The notes beneath the pieces were generated by a model. The model was not told where the DNA came from. It did not search any database and saw only the letters and a list, made by a program, of their open reading frames with translations. From Cycas panzhihuaensis (Eukaryota > Plantae > Cycadophyta), in contig CM041465.1 in NCBI GenBank assembly GCA_023213395.1, positions 21,142,001 through 21,206,000 on the forward strand: a stretch of DNA of 64,000 bases, written 5' to 3'. Below are positions 1-13,028 of the stretch, in pieces; position 1 is the first letter of the stretch, and each line of letters starts with the position of its first letter. The translations under genes were made by a program, and so were the position numbers.

Positions 1-277
1 AAATAATATGTCTCAAAGGAGGCATTAGGTAAAATTGATCATGAAGAAAACTTTTAGTGGCATAGTCTCAGTCATTGGCAAATGATAATAAAAATACAAG
101 TCACACCATCATTCATCATAAGTGATTGAACTAAATTCATACATTCCTTCATAAAACATGGCCTAATTTATAATTAAATAAATCCATCCTTCATTCTCCA
201 TGAATCCATATAATAAGTATGTCAAAACTTATAACTACAACCCAAATACTAATCAAAGGCCAAATTTTCTTGAAACA
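1..277 (-). repeat. 3' LTR of A (partial)
   Basis: Begins TGTTTCA (rc of 271-277) directly after the PPT; matches 15150-15410. Confidence 0.85.
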
Positions 278-289
278 TTTGCCCCCTTG
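278..289 (-). promoter_or_regulatory. Polypurine tract of A
   Basis: rc reads CAAGGGGGCAAA, abutting the LTR TG. The same junction occurs at 36401-36418 and 50011-50030. Confidence 0.8.
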
Positions 290-479
290 ATACCTAAATC
301 TCTTATTCTAAGAAGAGATAGGATGGTGAGAGGTGGCAATAATATAAATGATTATAATCCTAGTTAAAGTGATGGGAACTAGATGAAGTACATAAATGAT
401 AAGGTGATGTAACTTGATCACATAACCTAAAACAAAATCTACATGATAACATAACCAAAAGAAACTCTTACTAACAAGT

Positions 480-830
480 CTATCTAAAAGGACTGGGTTT
501 TTAATACCAAAAGGCCACTATTTACACTTCTTACCCAAAAGGACTAGGCACCTAATCACCATGAATCTACCCAAAAAGATTGGGTATCCATTAATATCAA
601 GAACCTACCCAAAAGGATTAGGCATATATCACCAAAATGTTGCTACTTTTAACTTTTCCTAAAAGGAATGGGCACCTAATGTTACCAAACACCTACCTAG
701 CACCCATAAATTAGATGAGACTTTATTATTATAAAACATGCCCATAAACTTAATGAGACTTCACTATCAAATACCCATAAACTGGATGGGACATGGCTGC
801 TAAATGCCCATGAACTAGATAGGACTCTAC
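480..830. repeat. Two short degenerate tandem arrays in the A 3' UTR
   Basis: About 5 copies of ACCCAAAAGGAYTRGGCA (~482-680), then 4 copies of CCCATAAAYTRGATGRGAC (~703, 741, 774, 807). Confidence 0.8.
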
Positions 831-912
831 TAAATAACTAGTCATAGTTTATCTCTCTTTAACCACACATCAGAGGGAAAATCTTCTCGCCAAAGCCAAA
901 AGGATAGACTAT

Positions 913-1350
913 CATAGATTACTGGCTCATTAACAGGTGATTTTTCAGAGTAAACCCATCATAGTTTAGCTTTGTTAATAGGGTGAGAACTTTCGAAGGT
1001 TGATTATTTTAGTTTAACCTTATTAATAATCATTTTTGGATGGTTGCCTATCATAGTTTAGGCTTATTAATAGGTAGAAGGGACTCAAAGTAAGGTTCCA
1101 ATCATAGTTTTAGCTCATTAATAGGTGAAAGGAGGTTTGAAGTATAGTTCCTACCATAGTTTAAACTCATTAATAGGCAAAAAAGGCCCAGAGTATAGTT
1201 CTTGTCATATTTTAGACTCATTAACAGGTGGAAAAAGGCTTGGAGTGTAGTTTCTATCATAGTTTAGACTCATTAATAGGCAGAAAAAGGCTTGGAGTAT
1301 AGTTCTTGTCATAGTTTAAACTCATTAATAGGTGGAAAAAGACTTAGAGT
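913..1350. repeat. ~52-bp tandem array with core CATAGTTTAGACTCATTAATAGG
   Basis: Units start at ~913, 960, 1008, 1052, 1103, 1155, 1206, 1258 and 1310. Confidence 0.92.
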
Positions 1351-1767
1351 GATATTCCTTTAGAGATAAACATAAAAAATTAATATATAGGGTAAAACCT
1401 AGATAACAGATCGTATCTCCAAAGGGTAAATGATCTCCAACGATTATAGTTCCATAATAAAACAATAATTGACCTTTATCAAAGTAATTATATATAGTTT
1501 TCAACATTTATAGGTAATTTTTGTGAGAATGATGTTTAAAAAGGAATATATTTTTTCTTTAACAAATCCCATGGGTACCAAGGAAGATTATTCTAAGAAA
1601 AAATGAGAAAAATCCCTCCTTGTATATAAGAAAATGGATGAAAAAAGGTTTTATTTTTATGTAAGGAAGGAGAAGAAAATGAGACACCTAGAGGCTATCT
1701 TCTCATATTCCAGAGCAATTAGGAGCTCTTTCTAGTGGGGGATTGGCCCTAGAGGATCTTCATCAGC

Positions 1768-3850
1768 ATGATGGAGCAAAGAGCCAGATACCCAGTAAGT
1801 TAGTACTATATATATTTTTTAATTTTTTAATTTTTTAAATGAAAAATACAGTGACAAAGTGTAAAAATTGTGGTCACTACACTAAAATTATGATTAATAA
1901 ATGAAATATATAATTAATCAGTGAAAAACATGACTTTAGAATTTAGGACTACCAAAAGAAGTTACATTCTTCACTATGAAGTCATATTTTTTGCCTGTGA
2001 AATCGTATTTTTAGTTACCTAAGTACACTTTTAGACCTTTAATCAACCAAAATTCAAAAAATAAAAAAACATTAAACTAAAACAATAAACTAATAGATTG
2101 TAAATGATATAATGCAGGCCCTAGAGGGAGTGGAGATGTGGAAGAATGAGAGAATGGCCACTAGGGAGCTTGTGAGTCAACTAGATGAGGCAGGATGGGG
2201 ATTTTGAGAGTATATGGCTTCTCATGAGTGAGTGCATCCACCCAACTCATTATAGAGGATGAGACATTACATGATTTCATTAGCTATTAGGTCCTAATAT
2301 GTAACACATTCAGAGTATGAGCAATTAGAGATATTCAGATTACTCTAAGAGATGTAGGGAGGATCTTAGGGGTTAGTTAGTATGGAGAGAGGGTCAAACT
2401 TACCCAAGTAATAAACAAGGAGTCTCAATGGCCTTCAACAAGTACATAATAGGATTCATTGATCAAATAGACCAACATAGGATCTTAGTGGAGGCTATTA
2501 GGATAATAGATGGGATCTTAGTAATACGAAGGATCATTACCTTAATCATCATCTACAGGATAGTTAGAACCCAAAACTTCATAGGGATTCTAGCTCATTG
2601 AATAGGAGTATTAAGGATAGCATGGGATTAAGATCAACTAGGGTCAATACATAGTTGACAACATTAGTCACTAGTTATCTAGGATTAGGAGGATGAGGAG
2701 AGGTAAATTTTCATACAACTCTATCCTGATGTGTTAGTTGTGTGATCACGTCCCACTTATAAGACTAAGAGGAGAGCTAGAAGAGCTAATGATGATGGAC
2801 CCTAAGATGAATATGTGGCATATAAGGTTATAGATCTACAACATGCCAGTTTTCATGGAGAAGAGTACTCATAGTCCTCTCCTTAATAGAATGATAAGGA
2901 GGCAGCTTGTAGAGGACACTTATGTAAGGCCACCAGTTTAGAGTGATGATGAGATGGATGCCACAAATAGGGAGGCAGCAAAGGAGTCTCCTATAGTAGG
3001 GTGAGGGAGAGGGAGAGGATAATATAGAGGAGGACATGATGGGAGAGGTGGAAGAGGAGGTGAGGAGGCCAGATAAGGAGGTAGAGGAGGTGCCTCATCT
3101 AGTAGGGGAGTAAGAGGGAGTCACTAAGTGCTAAGGAGAGGAGGTGGAGCACCTGTGGAGGGGAGAGGAGGCTCTATTCAAAGCATGGGGCTAGGATCCG
3201 AAGATGGGTAGGGAAAATATAGACGAAGCAAAGCTACTGAGGAGGTTCCCTATGAGTTGCAGGGAGGAGAGGGACCACCAATAGAGGTGGTGGCAGGTGT
3301 AGAGCCAATAAGATGAGGAGGATTGCTAGGTATATTTCTTAGTTGATTTATTTCTCATATCATATCATACTTTTATTTTATAAGAGTTTTCTATTCTAGG
3401 GAATTGATCATGAGTTACATGTTTTCATTGGGTAGGTGATGAGATGATGACCATGAGAGAGGTTTAGAGGACTATGGAGGTGATTTTTCCATATATTCTA
3501 ACATTAGAAGAGGCACATATATGGAATGTAGGCTACTAGGGTACCACATTGAGTATTTTAGCCATGCACTTCGAGCTCAAGATCTCTACATAGACATGAG
3601 GGCAAAGCTAAGGATATGGGAGTTAGAGCTCAAGGCAAGCAAGGACAAGAGATGACATCTACACAGGATGATATTAGCTCAGGTGGGAGCCAAATATACT
3701 CCATCAACAACTACTATAGTCTAGAAAAGATAACACTACCTTCCACCTCATGGAGAGTCTACACATGGGGAGACTTTAGGTAGGAGGGAGAGAGTAGGTC
3801 TAAGTGTCCTTGAGGGGTCTCATTAAGAGTTAGAGAGATGAGTGTATAAT
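1768..3850 (+). pseudogene. Antisense Plant Mobile Domain (PMD, aminotransferase-like) gene remnant in the A 3' UTR; putative introns 1795-2117 and 3330-3435
   Basis: 2258-2395 translates DETLHDFISY*VLICNTFRV*AIRDIQITLRDVGRILGVS*YGERV, matching the PMD motif W..xNTF...ITLxDV..ILG...G. An E/G-rich tail follows. GT-AG sites bound AT-rich segments. Confidence 0.75.
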
Positions 3851-3951
3851 ATGTTGTATAGGGAGATATGGGGAGATGAGAGGCATTTTATGAGCCTTTA
3901 GTATGTATCATAAGTCACTTGGGTGATATATGTACTATATTTCTTATTATC

Positions 3952-3970
3952 ATATATATATATATATATA
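3952..3970. repeat. (TA)n microsatellite
   Basis: Direct reading. Confidence 0.9.
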
Positions 3971-6162
3971 TTGATATTTTTCTCTTAAAACTTGCATATA
4001 AAAACTTGTCTCTAAACCCTTCCCCCTCTTATTCTCATTTTAAATTTGAGTATAGGATACATTCACTAGTATAACTATTTGAGTAAACATGTAATAGATT
4101 TTATCATTTTTACTTCTTTTTTTGTTCTTTTATGGTTATATACTTTTTTTTAAAATTTTTATCATGCTATATACATGATAGTTTATACACGTTTGAGAAA
4201 GAAAATATTACAAGAAAGAGTAAAAATTAGAAGATAAATGAAAGATTAAAAGGGAGAAGGTAAAAGGTTTGCCTACTTTATTTTTATAAACTTAAAACCA
4301 TCTAAAATAAATGGAAATAGGTTTATAAAAGTAGAAGATATTGTGGTATGAATCTCCCAAAAGGAAACTCGTATAACTCACATCATACTCTTGATAGATT
4401 ATACAAACATAAGATATATCCCAAATTTACATAATATACCATAAAGAAAATAAGTTGTTTACCAAACGAAACTAATCTCACTTGATAAATAACCAACTAT
4501 TTAAATATACTAGATTCATCTTTTGCTCCTTGTAGGGACATGAGGCTTTTAGGGACTTTCCCCCTACCAAGATCCTCCATGGTGAAAGATTCCCACATGG
4601 GTCTATCCCTTTCAAATAACTTCATTTCAATCTCCTACCTATGGCCTTAATCTTCAAATTACTCAAATCTGTAATCTCCCCAAACTAATAGTTTATACTC
4701 ATCATGGAGTGCTAGTTTATACTCATTCTAGAGTGGAGGTACCCCTAGCTAAGAAGAGGAAAGTCAAGTGAAATAATTATCAATGGTTAAAGAAACAAGA
4801 CTGTTAGCTTCAAGATTAAGGGAATGAGGTATATATTGAATGGTAATTGAATAAAATAGGGGCAACAATGATAAATCTTGATGATGTAAAAGAAAGAATT
4901 ATGAGAGTGAACCTGATACATCCCAACTAATTGATAAACTATAACCTAAGAGTCAACATATATAGTAATAGGTCCAAGGCCAAAGCAAGAAACATCTAAC
5001 AAGGCTCTTATAATAGTAAGATATTAAGCTTCATTATTAGTTGCCCTAGGTATAAAAAACCCCATAGAAAGGAGGGGACTTCTTGATTAGTTATAAACCA
5101 CCCAAGCAGAAGCAAATAGTCTTGGGTTTCTCCTACTACTCCCATCAGTAAAGATACTCAATGCCATGGGAACAATAGGATCAAAGTTTGGAGACTGTGT
5201 GATTGATAAAGGGAGGTGCAAGAATTAATTAATAAGGAGATGGTAATAAATATAGATTTTTTACTATGGTGAAGAAAGAAGAAGGATCACAAGTAAGATG
5301 ATTATGACAAAAAACAACAAAGTATCAAGTAGGGTTCGATCATAACTGAGGCCATGGTGGACCCAAGCAGCTAGATCTAAAAATCCTAAATGACTCATCT
5401 AAATGAACCCAACCTATAGATAAATAGGTGGGGATGAAGCCATCATGTGACTTACCCCATATTATAAGAGGATGATGATAATAATCTTCCTTTCACTTCT
5501 TTTTACTTTACTTATTTGTTTATTTTTATTTCCACTTACACATTTTTACAAGAAAAGGATCATAATGATCCACCTATAAAGACCAAAAGACCAAAGATCC
5601 ATCTAATACCAAAAGACCAACCTCCTTAAAGATTAATTTAGGGAAAAAGAGGAGATCAAAATCATAGTATCTCCAAACATAAAGGGAAGGTGATAGAATG
5701 AGTATCTACTTTGAAGGATTAATAGAGAGAATTGAGGATAATGAAAATAATCAACAATTAGTGATATATGACCAAAAAGGAAACCCCTAGGTAACAAACT
5801 AGCAAATAAAAGTATGATCTAAGTTAATGGCTACATACTCAAAGCCGATGAAGATGTTCCTCTTTCCAGGATGAAAATAAAATAAGACTGGGGGCCTAAG
5901 TTCTCTTTTGAGTACAGAACCCAAAAGAGAATAAGATCCAAATATGGTAATAGAAAGCTCACAATCATTATATATGCTAGAAAGAGCAAAAGACTTATAT
6001 AATTATGAGTAGGATCTGTCATAAAAGCACTACACCACTTAGTAAAATTAAGGAAAATTTTGAAAGAGGGGGAGTTTGCCCATAGTTTTAACTCATTAGG
6101 CAACAAAAAAAAGCTTTGGAGCCATATTTTATCCTCATTGTAGAGGGGATAAATGCATGCTA

Positions 6163-9100
6163 CTAGGTGTAAAATTTTCTAAAATATTGAGAATTAATGG
6201 GTCTTTTAAATTCTAATCCTTCCAATATCAAAATTTGATAAGCTCTGTTAGTTAAATCTTTAATTATTAAGAAGGGTCTTATCCACTTAGGAGAAAATTT
6301 ATGCTACTTATTATGTAAAGGCATACTTCCCTTTGAAAAGGCATGCTTCCCTTTAAAGTTGCTCATCAGTAAACACCTTTAAGGAGACATGTAAGAAAGG
6401 AATTTAAACCTATAATGGAAGGATGAATTTGATACCATAAATAAGAGAAAATAATGTCATACATGTATCATTATGGATGGAGGTATTATAGGCCCATAAT
6501 ATTAGAAATAATTGAGAGTGCCAATCTTTGTGAGAGGTAGCAACTATCTTAGCTAGAATTTTAGCCAAGATCTTATTAAAAGCTTCCACCTAGCCATTTT
6601 CCTAAGGATGATAAGGGGCAAGTATTCTATGGGTGATATGAAATTTATTACATAACTCATTAATATAGGGATTACAAAATGAAGTCCCATTATCAATAAT
6701 AATAATATCCAATATCGCAAACCTATAAATGATATGTTGAAATATGAATGTAGCAACAATCTTTCTAGTAGTGGAGACTAATGGGATAGCTTCACTCCAC
6801 TTCATAAAATATTTAGTCATAGTTAAGATAAATTTATGCCTATTAGAGGATTCTAGAAAAATCTAACCAATGAGATTGAGATCCCATTGGGGAAAAGGCC
6901 AAGGTGAAATTAGTGATTTCATTTCCTGCACAGGCTTGTGTATCAAAGTTGCATGGGATTGGTATTTTTGGCACTTTTAAATATAAGAGTAAGCATCTTT
7001 GAACAAGGTAGGCCAATAATGACCCATACAGAGAATACATTGCGCTATCAATCAACTACCAAAGTGCCCACCACATGTTCCTTCATGGGATTCTATCAAG
7101 GCAACTAATGATTCATTAGGCAAAAGGCACCTTAATAGAATTCCATTGAAAGAATACTCATATAGTATGTCATTAAGTAAAAGATATTTCCTGGTAGTAG
7201 CTTAGATTCATCTTCTCTTCTTCAAAGTAGTAAGAGAAGGTAAAGATTAATCATAAAGATATAATCTAATCTCCCCATACCATGGATCATCAAAAGGAAT
7301 GCCATGGATATGGAAGATATGTTCATCTAGGAGGGAATTATTAATGAGTTGACTACTAGGATTAGGGAGAGGAGCATCATCCATGATCTTTGGGGCAACC
7401 ATGTCTTTCTTAGATTTCCAACTAATCACTTTTAAATTAAACTCTTGAAGTAATAAAGACCACTTACCTAACTGATTAGTAAGGTTAGACTTAGTAAGTA
7501 AATATCTTATAGGATCTAATTCAACAATGAGGTGGACCCTATTTTTAAGGAGGTAGTGGTGCAACTTCTTAGTAGTAAAAATTAAAATAAGGCACTCTTT
7601 TTTAGGGAAGGGATAATAAAGCTAAGTCACCACGTGGGTCCTATTAATGAAATAGATATCCCTTTCTTTACCAAAATCATCATCTTGTGCTAGCATCCCT
7701 ACTAATGATTCCTCTATAGCTAAAGTGTATAAAAAAAATGACTTATTGAACCTTGGTAGAGTAAGAACTAGAGAAGAAACCAAGCCTTTCTTTAGCTTAT
7801 AGAAGGACTCTTGAACTTGAGGAGTCCATCGCAATTCAATATCTTTCTTTAAAAGTTTAGTAATAGGTTTAACATCCATGGAAAAATCAGTAATGAAATG
7901 TCTTAAGAAGCCAAGTCTACCTAGAAAAGATTTGATTTACTTTTGGCTCTTGGGGGGAGGCACTTAGACAATTGCCTCAATTTTTTCAGGATCAATTCTA
8001 ATCCCATCTTGAGAAAAGATGTTTCCTAATATCTTCACTAACATAATAGTAAAAACACACTTAGAAGGGTTAAGACATAAGTGATACTTCTTACACCTTT
8101 TAAAATTGTTCTCAGATCATATAAATGATCAGACCTTTTATGTGAAAGGGTGAGCATATCATCCAAATATACAATAATAATATTACCAATCAAGTTATAG
8201 AAAATGTGGATCATAGCTCTTTAATATGTCATACTAGCATTCTTCAATCTAAATGGCATACCTTTATAAACAAAGGTTCCCTAAGGAGTAGTAAAAGCAG
8301 TCTTATGATGGTCATTAGAGGCAACAGAAATCTGATTATATCTTGAAAAACCATCCATAAGGGACATTACCTCAAAACTGACCATCTAATCCCAAATCTA
8401 ATCAAGAAAATGGAGAGAGAAATTATCCTTGGGACATATATCATTGATGTCACTAAAGTCAATATAGATTCGAATTATACTATTCTTATTTGCTATAGGA
8501 ATTATGCTAGAGGCCCATTAAGAATAGTCAGCACTCTCAATAAATCTAGCTCTTAACAACTTCTCCACTTCCTACTTAATAGCAAGGGAGAGGCGTGGGT
8601 GGATAGGGCATTATTTTTACCATTTAGGTTATATATTAGGAATTACTATAATGTTATGTTTAATAATTTAAGAGTTAAGGCCTTTCATATCTTTATAGTC
8701 CCATCTAAAAATTGAGTAGAACTCATGGAAGAGATCCTTAAACTAAGCAATCTCTTGGAGATTACAACTAGCTCCCAACTTGATAATTCTAGGAATATCC
8801 TTTATCTCCAAACCTACATCAATAGTTTGTTCCATAAGCATTATATTCCCTTCCTCAAAATGAGGATGGGTGGGCTCTATTAAAGAAATAAACTCATGGG
8901 GTCGAGAATGATCAACTAAAACTCTTAAAAAATCCAACTTATAATATCCATGAAGGAAAGTAGGAGATGAACCCACTAGATGCTCCATTATCACATTGTC
9001 ATTTTTAAAATAGTCCAAATGAAAGAGATTAACAAGGAGAGGGTTTTGAGATTGGGAAGTAGATGAAGAGAGAGGTGTGAAAGGTGAAAGAGAACTAAGC

Positions 9101-12100
9101 AAAGAGCTTAGACAAGTGGGACAAAACTCTATGATTGAAGAAACATGAGAAAAGAAGATGGGCCCCTCAATGGACTCCCAAACTGAAGAAAAAACTTATT
9201 TAAACTCTTGATGATTTATACCACAATCACAATTAGACCATAATATCAAAATAAGAGAAGATAACAAAGGATCCACATGAGGACAGGTAGAAAAAGAGAC
9301 AATGGATATGGAATTAACTTCTCATACTATAGTGGAGGTATTGCAACTATTTTAACCAATATCAAGTGAGTTAGTATCTTCAACCCCTAATTCTAGGTCT
9401 AAGTGTCATTGTAACAACATCTTTCTCTCATGTTTATTCAACCATATCTTAAAAAAAAAGGAGTAAGAGAAAGATGGGGGAGCATCAACATGTGAATCAT
9501 GCACAACCAAACTCAAAAAAGTAGTAACTGAATGAGTGGTAAAGAGAGGAACCACTAAATTTACCTGTGAGGGCAAGCATAAAACCTATGAGAAACAAGA
9601 TTAAATAGGAGAGAAGGTGCTTGTACTAGCAATCCCAACTAGGGACGGACCTTAATGAGATACAATGGAGTGAGAAGCCACTTCTTCAACAAAAATAGAA
9701 GAAGAAGAGATTGAAGAGAAATCATTTGAGTATGAAGGAATAAGAGTAGATGAGAAGCCTAATGACAAAGGAACAAATTCAACTAAATCCACATCCTTTA
9801 CCTCAGGTTGGGTAGAAGGGGCTTCAATAGCAAAGTATTGATCTAAACTAAGTGATTAAAAGAAATACTCTTCAGAATTAGAGGATTCACTAGGTTTTAA
9901 GAAAGTCTCAATAAAAGGAATTGATTCCTTAATGGGTTTGGGTTTTCACTTGATAATATTCAATTGTCCCTCATGGATGAACCTAAGTTCACCGAAGAGG
10001 GAGGAATAAACTGCTACCATTTATGTGATCCATGGTCTACCTAAAAGTATGTTATACTTTAAGTCTAGATCAATAATGGTAAGCTTAGTAAGAACCATGT
10101 TTTCTTCTAATGTGAGAGGAATTGTGACTTGACCCAAGGGTACCTTCTGATTCTTATCATACCCTTGGCAAATCCACTCACTTGGATCAAAAATAGAAAG
10201 CTCCAAATCCTCAATAAGATGAAGAGGGATTATATTAATGGATGATCCCTCATCAATAATAACTCACTTGATATTAATATTATCCTTCACAATCTCAATA
10301 TAAAATGGAGGTATGTAATTTCACGTATGGGCAAAATGACTAGATAAGGTAGCAAGGTCAAAAGAAAGTATAGAAGCGGGTAAAGAGACTATTGTAGGAA
10401 CTCTTAATGCATCAAATAGAAGTTGACATTACTTAGAGGAAAACTTTAGTAAATTGATAACTGATATACCTACCAGATTGGTCTTTAATTCTTCTACTAA
10501 GGAGAAAGATCCATCCTTTAAACTAGAGGGAGTGGACCTAAACATGATGGGATGAGGGGGTGCTAGAGGTAAAGAGTCAAGATTCCTTGCCATCAAATCA
10601 TTAGATGATTTATATAGACTTGCACTCTTTGTGGTCTCTACTATATTTATGGTTCTCTTGGTGCCCTCACCTTTAGGAGGCAGGAGATATTAATTGTTGT
10701 TTCCTTTTGTTGGAGCATTTTCAGGAGTGGTGGTATTCTTTGATGAATTAGAAATCAAAGGTTCACCTTCATCACCTTGCACCTACTTTCCTTACCTTTA
10801 TCATCTTTACTTGTTTTCTCGTTATGATGAAACAATGGATCCTTGTGGATCATTTAGTCTTGAGATGACTTAGAAGAATAGTTTGTTTGGACACTTGTGT
10901 TTAGAGCTATGTTTTAAACTATTTATTACTCACTTCTATCATATGCATCTATTTGATGATATGAGCACCATTTTATCTTTCTAAAAGAATGAGGAGGTGG
11001 GGGAGGAGCTTGTTTCTTTTTCCCTTTAATAAGGTGAATAAATTTGGTCTCTTAGGAAGGCTGGCTCTGAGAAGGAGCATCTACATGTAATTTAGTATTA
11101 ATTGTGTATTCTAACAATCTAATTGAAGAAGTAAAATAACCATAGATGGATTCAAGATAGGAGGCCTTTATGGTTTAAATTATTTTTTTTAAAGGCATAG
11201 GTTTCCTAACCTTCTTGATACTTTCTTGAATTTTGAATATTTCTAGGGCTAAACAATGATCAATTACTTCCTCATATATTTGAGGGCCTAGTTTTAGAAC
11301 TTCTAAGTGCACATGGGGCCTTAACACATTAGTAAATAAGTTGAATAATAATCTAGGGTCAAGATGTGAGTGATAAGCATGTACCTAGTCATGAAATCTA
11401 CTAATAAATTCCCTTGATGTCTCATCACTGTTCTACTTAATGGCTAGTAAAGATTTAATGCCTAATTCAAATGGTTTCACCACATCAAAACAATTGATAA
11501 AGGAGTTAACTAATTGTTAGAATGAGAGAATGGAAGCTGAGGGGAGATGGTAAAACCACTTTAAGGCATCGCCTTAAAGTAATTTAGGAAACTAGTACAT
11601 CATGACATAATCTTATAGCATGAAATCTTTGCAAGCAAGCACAAATACCTGTATATGAGAGGTAGGGTCCTGAGAAGAGCCACCAAAAAAGTTAGGCAAC
11701 TCAGGAAGAAATGGAGGCATACGAGACAATAAGACCTTGTACAGAAAGAAAGACTTCATATAATCTAGGAAAGGTCTCATTGTCCTTAACATAGTAGAAT
11801 GTTAAGATAAGGATGATGGATGAGGAATAGATGAATGGATGAGTTATTGTAATTGTGGTTCTTGCGATAATTGTAAAATATCATGGGGTAGAAAAATAGA
11901 GGGGGAATTAAACCATGCTATAAGGTTAACCATAGAGTTGGTTTGAGGTATAAGGTATTGAGGGAAGCTTGGATTAAAAGTGTAAAAAAGATTAGGTTGT
12001 GGAGTAAGTCTAAGAATGTATGAAGAAGAAGCAAGATTAGAAATATTTAAATATTTTGATTGACTTGTCAAAGTATGAGGATGAGTGGAATGAGTGTGAG

Positions 12101-12900
12101 AAATATGCTAAGAGTAAAGAATCATGTTAGATTCTCTCGAAGATGGTAGGCAAGGTCTAATACCATAGGACCAAATAGTATGTGATGTATGAGGGGGGTA
12201 ATTGAGTGGTAGAAGAGATAGGATAGGAAGAGGAAATCCTAGTGGAACAAGAATGAATTAGTCATAAACTAGGTGAAGCCGTAAGATTGGAGGTGGATAT
12301 ATGCATTGCACTAGGGTTTCCATGAGTATAAGTAGCGGTGGTACCTCCATGGGTCAGAGGTATGGAATAAGAGGAATGAATTTAAACTTGTTGTCTAGGA
12401 AGACAATAATATGGCTATAAATGAGTTGATTTATAGTCATCAACTTCCTTTAAAGATGGGGAATAGGATCACAATGTAGGTCTTGGTGAAGGAGGATGAG
12501 AAAGATGAGGAGACCAAATGGCATCAAGAGGGGGCTCTACCCATATTAGCTCATAATCTTCAGTTAAGGGATCAATCTAAAGATGTTGTAGTAGGGATGT
12601 CATGGTATGAGTCTCCAAATAAAATAAGTCATGATAACTAGGCATGCGTAGTGGAGTAGGGATCCTAGTAAGAACTAACTCAAAAGAGGATAAATGTGGT
12701 TGACCAAAAATTGGTTCTTCTTATGCAAAAGAGGGATCTAAAAAAGAAGAATTGCCTAGGTATTGAAAGGGTTCAAGGTATCCTTATTCCACTAGTATGT
12801 TATACAATTATATTGAATCTTCAAAAGGATAGACATAAGTGTCATGCACTTGAAGATTTGAAGATTTAATATAGGATGATGAGACCTTGTGACTAAAGTG
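6163..12900 (-). pseudogene. gag-pol of A (gag, aspartic protease, RT, RNase H, integrase) with many stops and frameshifts
   Basis: PR VIIDEGSSINI ~10230-10263. RT KTAFTTP*GTF and IIVYLDD ~8158-8310. RH LGKWSLLLQEF. INT SHEGTCGGHF ~7060-7090 and IIDNGTSF..PYHP. Ends RKFYT* at 6163. The gag start is approximate. Confidence 0.92.
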
Positions 12901-13028
12901 TAAAGGGCATACTTGAGAATCATGTAGAAGGTCTTGGAGCCTCAAGGAGTACCTAAGACTAGGTGTCATGGTTTCCATTTCTTTAAAAGAAAATAAATAG
13001 TAGATCCCCACTACAGTCAAAAGAAATA

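Noticed and set aside
480-1350. CRISPR-like repeat-spacer appearance
   Set aside because: The spacers are homologous to each other, there are no cas genes, and the context is a eukaryotic retrotransposon UTR.
1871-1890. CACTACA as a CACTA TIR, or TGTAGTG as an LTR end
   Set aside because: No partner terminus, TSD or PPT was found; it lies inside the putative PMD intron 1.
5831-6106. Hydrophobic ORFs as env-like membrane proteins (also 13364-13651, 18777-19019, 40941-41141, 44449-44634)
   Set aside because: Leu/Phe/Ile richness follows from T-rich composition, and the peptides are not conserved between elements.
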